Assembly (NCBI GenBank): GCA_012689375.1
Contig: JAAZLO010000088.1
Location: 1,731 to 65,730, forward strand
Origin: Bacillota bacterium
GTDB taxonomy: Bacteria > Bacillota > SHA-98 > UBA4971
DNA length: 64,000 bases
Reading direction: 5' to 3'
Below are positions 17,287 through 26,717 of this stretch, one piece after another (within the stretch, counting starts at the first letter, position 1; each line of letters opens with the position of its first letter). A program made the position numbers and the translations under genes. Below the pieces are notes generated by a model. It worked only from the letters and a program-made list of their open reading frames with translations. It did not search any database and was not told the DNA's origin.

Positions 17287-18201
17287 TTAAACAAGTCTTT
17301 CCAACAGTGAATCCCTATCTCCGTAGAGGAAGTCAATCAGGGGCAGTTCAGGTAAAGTATAGGCCCCCGGGGCCTGCCTGAGACCGGCCCTGACGGCTCC
17401 CACCATAACCTGCCCAGTGAGTGCAGGGTTATCAATTCTCATTTCGTATTGGAACCGTTGGTTACAGGAGATCCCGGAAGTCCCTTTCCTCCCGATTATA
17501 ACACCGTGTCCAAGATCCCTTAACATTTCTACGTTGTCAGTGCGTATGACTACAGTCTCATCATTACAGAAATATGGATCGGATATTACAGTTTTACGTA
17601 TAACGCTGAAATCAGCATTTTCCTCAGGTACTATGTACACAATACGACGGTGCAACCCTGAACCTTTCGGAAAGGTCATAGCTATTGCATCTTTAACTCC
17701 GGGTACGGCTTGTACCACAGTCGTATGCCCCATACTGATTCCTGGTCCAAAATCAGTAAAGGTAATCCCAGAAGGAGCCATAATTTCCATCAGAACCCGG
17801 ATTACTGAGTCAGTTCCCGGATCCCATCCTGCAGAAATTACAGCAACCTTTCCCATTTGTTTTGCTATACTATTAAGCCTTTTCTTAACACGGATAAGTT
17901 CACCGTGAATATCATAACTGTCTACTGTGTTAATGCCTAGACTTAAAATCTCCTCGGCATATTCAGGGACACAACGGGTAGGGACTGTAAGGCATGCTGT
18001 TTCTACACATTCAAGATCTTCAATAGATGAAACTATGGGAATTCCGGCAAATTCCGGAGGAAGCGGTATCCGAAGGCTTCCGGGCCTTCTCACTATTCCC
18101 GCAAGTTCAAGGTCTTTGGATGCTAATACAGATCGGACAACGGACTTCCCAATGTTTCCACATCCTACCACTGCAATTTTATGCTTTCTTTCATTTAACA
18201 T
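17287..18201 (-). CDS. ddh: meso-Diaminopimelate D-dehydrogenase
   Basis: KIAVVGCGNIGKSV, then GWDPGTDSVIR and GPGISMGHT motifs. The start was set at ATG 18201 because GGAGG lies 8 nt upstream. It overlaps the rluD stop by 11 nt. Confidence 0.8.
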   Translation of the reverse strand: MLNERKHKIAVVGCGNIGKSVVRSVLASKDLELAGIVRRPGSLRIPLPPEFAGIPIVSSIEDLECVETACLTVPTRCVPEYAEEILSLGINTVDSYDIHGELIRVKKRLNSIAKQMGKVAVISAGWDPGTDSVIRVLMEIMAPSGITFTDFGPGISMGHTTVVQAVPGVKDAIAMTFPKGSGLHRRIVYIVPEENADFSVIRKTVISDPYFCNDETVVIRTDNVEMLRDLGHGVIIGRKGTSGISCNQRFQYEMRIDNPALTGQVMVGAVRAGLRQAPGAYTLPELPLIDFLYGDRDSLLERLV

Positions 18202-19150
18202 GATTATTGCCTCCATCGCGTAATTCCATTACGACGGAACTCATATCTTTAGGTATAGGCGCTTCTATATACATGGTTTTACCTGTGGTTGGGTGGGAAA
18301 ATGCCAAAGAAAAAGCATGTAGGGCCTGCCCTGCCATATTAAAAGATTTTGCGTGTCTTGATCCATATATTTTATCTCCAATTATCGGGTGGCCGATATG
18401 CTTCAAATGCACTCTGATTTGATGGGTTCTTCCTGTAATCGGTCTTACTTTAAGCAGGGAGTATTCCTTATACTGTTCCAGGGTTTCATAGTAAGTAAGT
18501 GCAGTTCTCCCCAGCCCCTCCTTTAATACCGCCACTTTTTTTCTATTAATCGGATGACGTCCTACCGGCAGATTAATACGATCTTTCTTTTTCTTCGGAA
18601 CTCCGAAAACGATTGCAATATAAGCCTTCTTTATTCTGTTTCGCTTGAAATCTCCTGCGAGTGTTTTATGAGCAGTATCATTTTTAGCAACCAGAATAAT
18701 TCCTGATGTATCCTTGTCAAGTCTGTGCACAATTCCCGGCCGATCTTCCCCGCCTATAGCAGATAGTTCTTTACTGTAAGCAAGAAGGGCGTTTACCAAC
18801 GTCCCCGTCTTGTTGCCGGGGGCAGGATGTACTACCATTCCCCGGGGTTTATTTAATGCAATTATATCGTCATCTTCATAAACTATATTAAGGGGTATAT
18901 CTTCAGGTATAATGCTCCCCTTCTCCTGGGCGGGGACAGTGACAGAGAGAATATCCCCTGCTTTAACTCTTTTGCTGACCCTTGCATATTCCTTATTTAT
19001 GAGGATTAGATTACTGTTGACCAGTCTTTGCACGTGGGATCTGGAAAGAGCAAGCTGCCGGGAAAGATAAACATCAAGCCGCTTTCCTTCATCAGATTGC
19101 TGTACAATAATTGTGCTGATCTTCGGGGTTCCGGTTTCTGTCAGCTGCAT
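18191..19150 (-). CDS. rluD: 23S rRNA pseudouridine synthase, RluD/RluA family
   Basis: S4 domain at the N-terminus, HRLDKDTSG catalytic motif, RTHQIRVH. Confidence 0.92.
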   Translation of the reverse strand: MQLTETGTPKISTIIVQQSDEGKRLDVYLSRQLALSRSHVQRLVNSNLILINKEYARVSKRVKAGDILSVTVPAQEKGSIIPEDIPLNIVYEDDDIIALNKPRGMVVHPAPGNKTGTLVNALLAYSKELSAIGGEDRPGIVHRLDKDTSGIILVAKNDTAHKTLAGDFKRNRIKKAYIAIVFGVPKKKKDRINLPVGRHPINRKKVAVLKEGLGRTALTYYETLEQYKEYSLLKVRPITGRTHQIRVHLKHIGHPIIGDKIYGSRHAKSFNMAGQALHAFSLAFSHPTTGKTMYIEAPIPKDMSSVVMELRDGGNNHVK

Positions 19151-19158
19151 GTCTATGG

Positions 19159-19920
19159 TTATTGCTGTGCCGGGCTTTGTTCACCGGCTGAATTAGCAGA
19201 TAAAATGTATATACTGGTGAATGCACCAAATATAAAAAGCGCGCTTGCCAATTGAGCTACGGAAAACGGACCGATAAGCCTTGGCGAATCCCTGAAGATT
19301 TCTACAATAAACCTGCTTACAGAATAAAGCCCTACATAAAGAAACATGAGATACCCCGGAAATTTCTTATGGTCTCTTTTAGCGTATAAAACAATAAAGA
19401 TTACTAGGCTTAGTACAGAAGCATAAATCTGAGTCGGATGTCTTAGGGTAAGATCCCCTGCCCGACATGGTAGGGCCCATGGAATATTCGCCGGCAGCCC
19501 ATAACAGCAACCGTTTAAAAGGCATCCTACCCTGACAATGGAATAACCCAAAGCTATCAGAGGCGCGATAATGTCCGCCATAACCCAAGCATTAATCTTT
19601 GATCGGTGTGCAAATGCTATTCCAACAAGAAGTGCTACGATGAATCCTCCGTGATAGGTAAGTCCCCCGTCACGTATATTAAAGATTTGAACCGGATTAT
19701 TAAAATATGTGGGAATATCAAGAAGTATAAAAAACAATCTTGCTCCTATTATCCCCGAAACACATAAGTATAGGGCTAGATCAACTATCTTGCCAGGATC
19801 AATATCCTTTCTTGTAGCTTCCTTCATTCCCAGTAGTGTGCACACAATAAATGCGATCGCCAATGAAAAACCGTATGAGAGAATTGGCATTCTACCAATT
19901 TGGAATAAGATCGGCCTCAC
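19159..19920 (-). CDS. lgt: Prolipoprotein diacylglyceryl transferase
   Basis: Polytopic protein with GARLF, YHGG and HPTQIY motifs. Confidence 0.9.
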   Translation of the reverse strand: MRPILFQIGRMPILSYGFSLAIAFIVCTLLGMKEATRKDIDPGKIVDLALYLCVSGIIGARLFFILLDIPTYFNNPVQIFNIRDGGLTYHGGFIVALLVGIAFAHRSKINAWVMADIIAPLIALGYSIVRVGCLLNGCCYGLPANIPWALPCRAGDLTLRHPTQIYASVLSLVIFIVLYAKRDHKKFPGYLMFLYVGLYSVSRFIVEIFRDSPRLIGPFSVAQLASALFIFGAFTSIYILSANSAGEQSPAQQ

Positions 19921-20372
19921 TCACCACTCCCCCCCTCAGGGTTTCTTATGATCAGGCTATAAACTAAAATAACCGCCCCTGCACATACTGCTACATCAGC
20001 CAGATTAAATATAGGCCAAATATGCAAGTCGATGAAATCAATAACAAAGCCTAACCGAATCCTGTCAATAAGGTTCCCCGCCGTTCCCCCTATAATGAGC
20101 CCAACACCTAACCGGAGGCTTTTGTCAAGGCGCTCATAGGCCCTCTTCCTTATCAATATTAACCAGGCAATCAAAATAATAACGGATGTAATAATCGGTA
20201 TCTTTGCAGTGGTTAGAATGCCTAATGCAGACCCGGGATTATAAATCCGGGATATTTGGATTAATCCCTTAATGATGGGTACACTGATACCGATTGGTAT
20301 TGCTTTTTCAACTAAAATTTTTGTTACCTGATCAAAAATAATAATAGCTGTCGGCAGAAAAAATGGCTGCAT
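19917..20372 (-). CDS. lspA: Lipoprotein signal peptidase II
   Basis: FDQVTK...NPG(S)A...NLIDR...FNLAD motifs. The start was chosen at ATG 20372 to match typical LspA N-termini; the ORF track begins at GTG 20393. Confidence 0.9.
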   Translation of the reverse strand: MQPFFLPTAIIIFDQVTKILVEKAIPIGISVPIIKGLIQISRIYNPGSALGILTTAKIPIITSVIILIAWLILIRKRAYERLDKSLRLGVGLIIGGTAGNLIDRIRLGFVIDFIDLHIWPIFNLADVAVCAGAVILVYSLIIRNPEGGSGE

Positions 20373-20528
20373 TATTACCAGACCTTTCCCCACCGGGAAT
20401 AGGGCGTTTTTACAACATAAACCCCTAATGTCGGTATTGTACCATACATTGAAACCTGGTTCAAGAATACCAGGACCCCGATAATGCAGCTTCGTGCATC
20501 GACGTTATGGTATATTTACACGGAAATT

Positions 20529-21203
20529 TCAACGGTTTCTCTTCAGCTTTTTCCGTAACTTGCCCGGGCTTACCTTCCTGTCGTCTGTGGTAACGATTTC
20601 TATTTCCTCAACTGCCCCCTGTGCGGAGTCTTTACCTTTTCCAAATACTTCATTACTTTCTATAATACCTATCAGATCCTGTGGCCCACTTGCTGTTCCG
20701 TATTTCTCTAAATGCCTCCAGACGTCTCCCCTATTTATACCAGGGTTTTCACTTCCGTGTATATCTTTGGCGAAAGGCGGCTCTAGAACTTCCTCTTCCA
20801 CTGGCCTATCCCGCCTTTGTGTAGTCTCTTCAGTGATATCTTCCTGGCACTTGCTGCAAAGATGTGTATAGGGAATCAGATCTAGCCTTTCTCTTTCGAT
20901 GTTATCACCACAATTATGGCAAGTTCCATATTTACCTGTATCCATTAATTCTAAGGCTTTGTTTAATCTATTTAAAATAATTTTTGTATCCTCATAAAAT
21001 TTAATATCTTTTTCTTGTTCAAATACCTCAGAGGAAATATCGGCAGGGTGATTATCGTAGAATGAGAGTTCCCCAATGGAATTCTTCATAGATTGTCTTA
21101 CCCCATCCTTAGTTTTTCCCCGAAGGAGGTTAATACGTTGTTTGAGCCGATCCCTTTCGGATAACAGGCGATCCCTATATCGCTTTATGTCGTTCTCCTT
21201 CAC
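20529..21203 (-). CDS. DksA/TraR C4 zinc-finger protein, YteA/YlyA family
   Basis: Motif CHNCGDNIERERLDLIPYTHLCSKC. Its position immediately upstream of lspA-rluD matches B. subtilis ylyA. Confidence 0.8.
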   Translation of the reverse strand: MKENDIKRYRDRLLSERDRLKQRINLLRGKTKDGVRQSMKNSIGELSFYDNHPADISSEVFEQEKDIKFYEDTKIILNRLNKALELMDTGKYGTCHNCGDNIERERLDLIPYTHLCSKCQEDITEETTQRRDRPVEEEVLEPPFAKDIHGSENPGINRGDVWRHLEKYGTASGPQDLIGIIESNEVFGKGKDSAQGAVEEIEIVTTDDRKVSPGKLRKKLKRNR

Positions 21204-21216
21204 GATCTATCGTCTC

Positions 21217-21543
21217 CTATCTTAACTTCATCTGGCTGTTTACTATTTTTACAACTTCTGCAACAAATTCACCAATTAAAGGAATGTTCAGTTGAACGAT
21301 TCTGGATAAAATTATGATAAAAAGGGCTGCCAGGATTGTAGCCCCGATACCTATACCGAAACCCCGGGCGAGTCCCCCCAAGAAGTTCACAAGTATTATC
21401 CTTCTTGGATTTTTGAGGAATTCGATATATTCGGCGATATTCATCTTATCCATTGCTAAAGATAACTGAGCTATACGGTGAATAAGAGTCTTTGCGGTTT
21501 CTGAATCAATAGTTGTCCCTTTACGATAATCCCTTTTTGTCAT
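21217..21543 (-). CDS. Small membrane protein (DUF5665-like)
   Basis: 108 aa with NPRRIILVNFLGGLARGFGIGIGATIL and a central TM pair. Confidence 0.6.
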   Translation of the reverse strand: MTKRDYRKGTTIDSETAKTLIHRIAQLSLAMDKMNIAEYIEFLKNPRRIILVNFLGGLARGFGIGIGATILAALFIIILSRIVQLNIPLIGEFVAEVVKIVNSQMKLR

Positions 21544-21692
21544 GATTTCATATCCTCCGATTAGTTTGTCCCAGGCCTTACTGATTTAAAAGCCCGGTAA
21601 CCGGTGGATCAAAAAAGCGAAGCCCAACGCCGTACCATTGTATTAACTACAATTACGTTGATTCGCTCCCTTATTTAAATTCAAAGAGACAC

Positions 21693-22148
21693 TTATTTGT
21701 TAAAGAAAGGGGTTACTAATTTATCCCATGTTTCTTCTCCCTCAGGCAGGTCAAGACCTATTTCAAAGCTACTTGGCGTAAACAAAAATACCCCTTCACT
21801 CACCCTTTGGATACTACCGTCAAGTACAAATATAGCACCACCGACGAAATCCAGGACACGTCTGGCGAGTTCCCGATCTATATCTGATACCCGGATAATA
21901 ACAGGATGCTCTTTTTTAAGGTTATTAAGGATACCCGGGATATCGTCAAAAGATTCCGGTTCTGTAACTATAAGTCTTGATTTAGTTGTTTTGGGGAGGG
22001 CAACCAGGCTTCTCCGGCGTTTGGCTGCCCTGGTTTTCGGTCCTTCGTCAGTTTGAAATGTAGGCTTTTCAGTAAAGTTATATGTATCATCAGGTACTTC
22101 GCCAAACCCCATGAAATCGAGGATCCTATCAACAAACCCCCTGCTCAC
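21693..22148 (-). CDS. sepF: Cell division protein SepF
   Basis: C-terminal SepF domain and position directly after ylmE. Confidence 0.88.
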   Translation of the reverse strand: MSRGFVDRILDFMGFGEVPDDTYNFTEKPTFQTDEGPKTRAAKRRRSLVALPKTTKSRLIVTEPESFDDIPGILNNLKKEHPVIIRVSDIDRELARRVLDFVGGAIFVLDGSIQRVSEGVFLFTPSSFEIGLDLPEGEETWDKLVTPFFNK

Positions 22149-22150
22149 GT

Positions 22151-22870
22151 TTACTGCACCGCCTTCCTGATGTGTGAACCAAATATCCCGGTGCCAATTC
22201 GTACCATTGTTGCCCCTTCCTCTATTGCAGCCTCAAAGTCATTTGTCATACCCATGGAAAGATGAATTTTTCCGGGGCGGAACAGACCAGCATCTGTAAT
22301 CCTCTCGCAGATTTCCCTTGTCCTTCTAAAATATGGTTTTGCTTGGGATGGGTCTTCTACAACAGGGGCAATGGACATTACACCCCTTAATTTGATTCTG
22401 TCCAATTTTGAAATATCCCTGGCTAAGGCTAAGGCTTCCTCGGGTTCTACTCCAATTCTGCTGGGCTTTCCCGTAATATTGATTTCTAAAAGACATTCCG
22501 TAGTTATATCTAACCTTTCTGAAACCCTCTCAATTTCATGTGCCAATCTCAATGAATCAAGGGAATGGATAAAATCAAATATCCTTAAGACATGCCTTAC
22601 TTTGTTACGTTGTAGGTGACCGATAAAATGCCAAGCTATCCTTTTACCCTCAATGTTGTTTCCAAGCTCGGAGAACTTTGCCCTTCCCTCCTGTGCCCTA
22701 TTTTCCCCCAGTATTGAAATGCCTCCGCGAACTGCCTTGATTATATCCTTGGTATCAACATTTTTTGTAACAGCAACAATGGAAATATCATCAGGTTCTC
22801 GTCCGACTCTTTCTGCCGCTTTCCGTACTTTCTCACGAACGAGATCCAGCCTTTTCATAATTTCAACCAA
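22151..22870 (-). CDS. ylmE: YggS/YlmE-family pyridoxal-phosphate homeostasis protein
   Basis: VAVTKNV ... HFIGHLQRNK ... LSMGMTNDFE motifs. Confidence 0.92.
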   Translation of the reverse strand: MVEIMKRLDLVREKVRKAAERVGREPDDISIVAVTKNVDTKDIIKAVRGGISILGENRAQEGRAKFSELGNNIEGKRIAWHFIGHLQRNKVRHVLRIFDFIHSLDSLRLAHEIERVSERLDITTECLLEINITGKPSRIGVEPEEALALARDISKLDRIKLRGVMSIAPVVEDPSQAKPYFRRTREICERITDAGLFRPGKIHLSMGMTNDFEAAIEEGATMVRIGTGIFGSHIRKAVQ

Positions 22871-22886
22871 AAGTGTTGCTACCTCC

Positions 22887-23864
22887 TTACTTCCATACGG
22901 CTATACCTTTTTCACGTATTATATATGGATTTATAACGACCCTTTGTCCTTCTTTCAACCCTTCACATACTACTTGGTGATCATCGCTTCCAATAACTTC
23001 TATAGGTTTAGGGTTCACACCTAAATTTGCCGGCGTATAAACTAGATAACCGTTTTTATCTTCAACAACAGCTTGTTTAGGAATAAGCAGGCCCTTTTTA
23101 ATCTCAGTAATAATTTTTATGTCCACATGCCGCAGATAATAAAGTTCATAGGGAAAATCAGTCAATTCAAACAATACGGCACTTGATCCGGGACCTGCTT
23201 CGTTTGTATCTACCCGGGAAACGACTTTTGCAGAATAGATGTTGTCTGAAACTGAATTAAGTCTTAGGTTACATTTCCGTCCCACAGTAAAAAATGAATC
23301 AGTCGGGGGTATATTATCGAAACCCGAAATCACAAGCATATAAATGCGATAATTATCAACTATCCGATAAAGAAGCTGTCCCTTATCTACGTACATATCT
23401 GACATAGTTTCTACCGGTTCGGAAATAATCTGGGAGGTAGCTTCCATATCAAGATCCATCCATGACGAAGGAGTGAGGATCCTTTCGAGCCTGTCCAAAG
23501 TAAAACTGATAATACCAGGTCTTTCGGCAATTAGATTTATTCCCTTGTTACCCTGAATGTTCCCGTAGATTTCGCCAGGTATAATTTGGGCAATTATCGT
23601 GTTTGCTCTGACTCGGTCTCTTTCGGCTACGGCTATCCTAAGTGTACCACAGGCAGGGCTCATGTACACCGTTTCATCTCTGATAATGATTCCTTGGGCA
23701 TTTATTCCCCGCTCTATCCCTCCCTTTTTTGCGGGAACACAAAGGATCTTGCCTTCGACATTTAATACTGCAGATTTACGGTTGAGAGATAAAGATACCA
23801 ATATTATAACAGCAAGCAAAAACACTATAGACAAGAGCCTGGGTTTTATTTTGCGATGTTCCAT
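22887..23864 (-). CDS. Membrane-anchored HlyD-like (barrel-sandwich) protein
   Basis: N-terminal TM helix and a beta-rich body resembling HlyD-family periplasmic adaptor proteins. The assignment is weak. Confidence 0.5.
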   Translation of the reverse strand: MEHRKIKPRLLSIVFLLAVIILVSLSLNRKSAVLNVEGKILCVPAKKGGIERGINAQGIIIRDETVYMSPACGTLRIAVAERDRVRANTIIAQIIPGEIYGNIQGNKGINLIAERPGIISFTLDRLERILTPSSWMDLDMEATSQIISEPVETMSDMYVDKGQLLYRIVDNYRIYMLVISGFDNIPPTDSFFTVGRKCNLRLNSVSDNIYSAKVVSRVDTNEAGPGSSAVLFELTDFPYELYYLRHVDIKIITEIKKGLLIPKQAVVEDKNGYLVYTPANLGVNPKPIEVIGSDDHQVVCEGLKEGQRVVINPYIIREKGIAVWK

Positions 23865-23980
23865 AATTAAGTTTTCTATAACTTACAACTAAACTCCTGC
23901 CGCACTAAAATCCTGTCCTGAATTTGCCCGGAAGAAAATGAAACTATATGATTTTTCATCTTTTGACAGATAGGATACTG

Positions 23981-24010
23981 GAATAAAACTTTACTTTCAA
24001 GGCAATAATT
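23981..24010 (+). promoter_or_regulatory. Forespore-type (sigma-F/sigma-G-like) promoter upstream of sigG: GAATA-15 nt-GGCAATAATT
   Basis: Matches the remembered sigma-F pattern G(Y/A)ATA-15-GGnnAnAnTw. It lies about 42 nt upstream of the sigG ATG. Confidence 0.45.
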
Positions 24011-24051
24011 TTATTGAGGTTGAGATAATTTGGAAACGCGAGGGACTTCTC

Positions 24052-24825
24052 ATGATGATAAATAAAGTGGAAATCTGTGGAGTTAATACTTCTAAATTGC
24101 CTATCCTTTCCAATAAAAAAATGAGGGAGTTCTTGCAACTTGTAAGAGACGGTGATAAGGATGCCCGTGATAAATTAATACACGGAAATCTTCGTTTAGT
24201 TTTAAGTGTTATACAAAGATTCAATAATCGCGGTGAATGTGTAGACGATCTTTTTCAGGTTGGGTGCATCGGTCTTATGAAAGCCATTGATAACTTTGAT
24301 TTATCCCAAAACGTTAAATTTTCTACCTATGCCGTTCCAATGATAATTGGAGAAATCAGAAGGTACCTCCGTGATAATAACCCTATTCGCGTATCAAGAT
24401 CACTGAGAGACGTAGCATATAAGGCTCTTCAAATGCGGGATACTTTAATCAATAAAAATTCGCGTGAACCTTCAATAACAGAAATTGCCGAGGAACTGAA
24501 GATCCCCCGCGAAGAAATTGTATATGCATTAGATGCTATTCAGGAACCGGTTTCATTATTTGAACCTATTTATCATGATAACGGGGATCCTATTTTTATA
24601 ATGGATCAAGTCAGCGATGAAAAAAACCAAGATTCTACATGGCTTGAAGGAATCTCCATAAGGGAAGCAATGGGCAAATTAAGTGATAGGGAGAAGCTAA
24701 TCCTAAGGCTGAGATTTTTTGAAGGCAGAACTCAAATGGAAGTTGCGGCTGAAATCGGGATATCTCAGGCTCAAGTTTCCAGGTTGGAGAAGGCTGCTTT
24801 AAAGCATATGAGGCGTTTTGTATAA
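24052..24825 (+). CDS. sigG: Sporulation sigma factor SigG
   Basis: NKVEICGVNTSKLPILSNKKMREF...GNLRLVLSVIQRFNNRGECVDDLFQVGCIGLMKAIDNFDLSQNVKFSTYAVPMIIGEIRRYLRDNNPIRVSRS is near-identical to the canonical SigG region 2. Confidence 0.95.
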   Translation: MMINKVEICGVNTSKLPILSNKKMREFLQLVRDGDKDARDKLIHGNLRLVLSVIQRFNNRGECVDDLFQVGCIGLMKAIDNFDLSQNVKFSTYAVPMIIGEIRRYLRDNNPIRVSRSLRDVAYKALQMRDTLINKNSREPSITEIAEELKIPREEIVYALDAIQEPVSLFEPIYHDNGDPIFIMDQVSDEKNQDSTWLEGISIREAMGKLSDREKLILRLRFFEGRTQMEVAAEIGISQAQVSRLEKAALKHMRRFV

Positions 24826-24853
24826 TATCCGGGCATGGTGTTAAACTGCGGAG

Positions 24854-25567
24854 GTGGCATTGTTGGCAGTCGGAATTAAAAAATATATAGTTACACTTGT
24901 TTTTATTATCATAATAATGATAAATGGGTTCTACGGAGTAATTTTCGCATCCTCAGGATTTGGTTCTAAGACAGCTTTTAATACCACAAACTTGATAAGG
25001 TTGCATATTATGGCGAATAGTGACGGTTTGGATGATCAACTCCTTAAAACAGCGATCCGTGATACCGTTCTTATGGAAGTGAAAGGCTTTCTTGAAGAAG
25101 TCACTGTAAAGTCCGGAGTATGGCAGATGCTGTCTGAGAATCTAAATAAAATTGAAGCGGCTGCCCGGGAAAAAATATACGCTTCGAATAAAGATTACGA
25201 TGTAAAAGTTGAACTGGGGACATTTTCATTCCCGGCATGTAATTATGGAAACCTCCAAGTACCCGCAGGTGATTATGATGCAATCAGGATTATTCTCGGT
25301 GAGGGAACAGGGCAAAATTGGTGGTGTGTGCTTTTCCCTCCGCTATGTTTTATTGAAATTGAAAACAGCGGTAGAATATTGGGACTGGAAGTGAATATGC
25401 CACCCGGTGAGGCCCTTCTAAAGCTCAACATCCCTATGTTTGATTTGAACTACAAACCATCTGTTAATAATCTTCAGGATTATAAGAATGTTTTGGTAAT
25501 CCCCGTTACCAAGACGGCTATTACAGATTCCACTTGTCTGTTTCTTACGCTAAATAATCTCTTATGA
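24854..25567 (+). CDS. spoIIR: Stage II sporulation protein R (forespore signal activating SpoIIGA)
   Basis: LIRLHIMANSDGLDDQLLKTAIRDTVL and NWWCVLFPPLCF are SpoIIR signatures. The start is uncertain (GTG 24854, or TTG at 24860/24863) because the GGAGGTG RBS overlaps GTG 24854. Confidence 0.88.
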   Translation: MALLAVGIKKYIVTLVFIIIIMINGFYGVIFASSGFGSKTAFNTTNLIRLHIMANSDGLDDQLLKTAIRDTVLMEVKGFLEEVTVKSGVWQMLSENLNKIEAAAREKIYASNKDYDVKVELGTFSFPACNYGNLQVPAGDYDAIRIILGEGTGQNWWCVLFPPLCFIEIENSGRILGLEVNMPPGEALLKLNIPMFDLNYKPSVNNLQDYKNVLVIPVTKTAITDSTCLFLTLNNLL

Positions 25568-25638
25568 AGTTACCCCTATGCACAGAATTTCCGGATCTTG
25601 AATATAATGAATTTATGGAGTTACCGGGGGTGAAAAAT

Positions 25639-25896
25639 ATGAAAGCCCGTATTTCGGATCTTAGAACCCGTGAGGTTGTAAACGTTGTGGACGGACGAAG
25701 GCTAGGGCCTATCTGTGATATGGAGATAAACCTTGATACAGGCCAGGTAATATCTGTTATGGTGCCGGGCCCTTCAAGGCTTATGGGAATACTGGGGCGC
25801 TATAATGATTACATAATTCCCTGGTCAAGGATTAAAAGAATCGGAATGGATGTTATTCTTGTTGAAGCTAATGAGTATGCTGAACCGGCCGGCTAA
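25639..25896 (+). CDS. ymxH: YlmC/YmxH-family sporulation protein (PRC-barrel)
   Basis: Sequence ISDLRTREVVNVVDGRRLGPICDMEINLDTGQV. The start was set at ATG 25639 because GGGGGTG lies 7 nt upstream; the ORF track starts at 25564. Confidence 0.85.
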   Translation: MKARISDLRTREVVNVVDGRRLGPICDMEINLDTGQVISVMVPGPSRLMGILGRYNDYIIPWSRIKRIGMDVILVEANEYAEPAG

Positions 25897-25924
25897 CTAA
25901 TTAATTTCTTTCCGAAGAATAATC

Positions 25925-26668
25925 TTATTCTACTTTTCTGATTTCCCGTCGAAGTTTCCGTATGATTCTTTTTTCCAGTCTTGATATGTAGGATTGGGAT
26001 ATTCCCAGCAGATCCGCGACCTCTTTTTGTGTCTTTTCTGTTTCACCTGATAAACCAAATCTAAGTTCTACTATTTTTTTCTCCCTGGTAGATAATCTTT
26101 GCATAGCATCATCAAGCAACGCCTTATCCACTTGCTCTTCTATGGATCTGTACACAATATCGCTGTCAGTCCCCATTACGTCAGATAAAAGCAATTCATT
26201 ACCGTCCCAATCGACATTTAAAGGTTCGTCAAAAGATACTTCTAATCTAATTTTGTTATTTCTACGAAGGTACATAAGAATCTCATTCTCTATGCAGCGG
26301 GAAGCATATGTAGCTAGTTTAATTTTCTTGGATGGATCAAATGTATTAACGGCTTTGATTAACCCAATAGTACCGATGGATATAAGATCTTCCACGCCTA
26401 TACCGGTATTTTCAAATTTTCTTGCTATATATACCACAAGTCTTAGGTTTCTTTCAATAAGCTCCCCTTTTACTTGTAAATCTCCCATTTCAAGGCGGGT
26501 TATCAGTTCGACTTCTTCATTAGCCGAAAGGGGCGGAGGCAAAACCTCTCCCCCGTTACCTACGTAAAGAATTGGACGCTTTTGGACAAGTCCGGAATTA
26601 ATTGCCCACAGCATGCTTTTTAATCTTAAGCGAAGGAACCGATTCATAAGAGGAAGGCCAATTTTCAT
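25925..26668 (-). CDS. sigE: Sporulation sigma factor SigE (pro-sigma-E)
   Basis: Pro-sequence followed by [14 protein letters not shown]...[64 protein letters not shown]. Confidence 0.95.
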   Translation of the reverse strand: MKIGLPLMNRFLRLRLKSMLWAINSGLVQKRPILYVGNGGEVLPPPLSANEEVELITRLEMGDLQVKGELIERNLRLVVYIARKFENTGIGVEDLISIGTIGLIKAVNTFDPSKKIKLATYASRCIENEILMYLRRNNKIRLEVSFDEPLNVDWDGNELLLSDVMGTDSDIVYRSIEEQVDKALLDDAMQRLSTREKKIVELRFGLSGETEKTQKEVADLLGISQSYISRLEKRIIRKLRREIRKVE

Positions 26669-26717
26669 TCCTGTATCCTCCTAGGAAGTGTTAGTAAAGT
26701 ATCAAACAATCCCGTAT

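Noticed and set aside
21544-21692. Terminator after sepF (T-run CGCTTTTTTGATCC).
   Set aside because: The preceding sequence forms only a 3-4 bp stem, so I cannot support an intrinsic-terminator call.
24760-24853. Possible independent sigma-F promoter for spoIIR inside the sigG 3' end (GCATA or GTATA followed by a -10-like sequence).
   Set aside because: None of the candidate -10 regions fits GGnnAnAnTw at 14-16 nt spacing. The implied start sites would also fall on or after the RBS.
25897-25924. Bidirectional terminator between the convergent ymxH and sigE genes.
   Set aside because: Only a 6-bp AT-only palindrome (GAATAA..TTATTC) overlapping the sigE stop is present. That is too weak to call.
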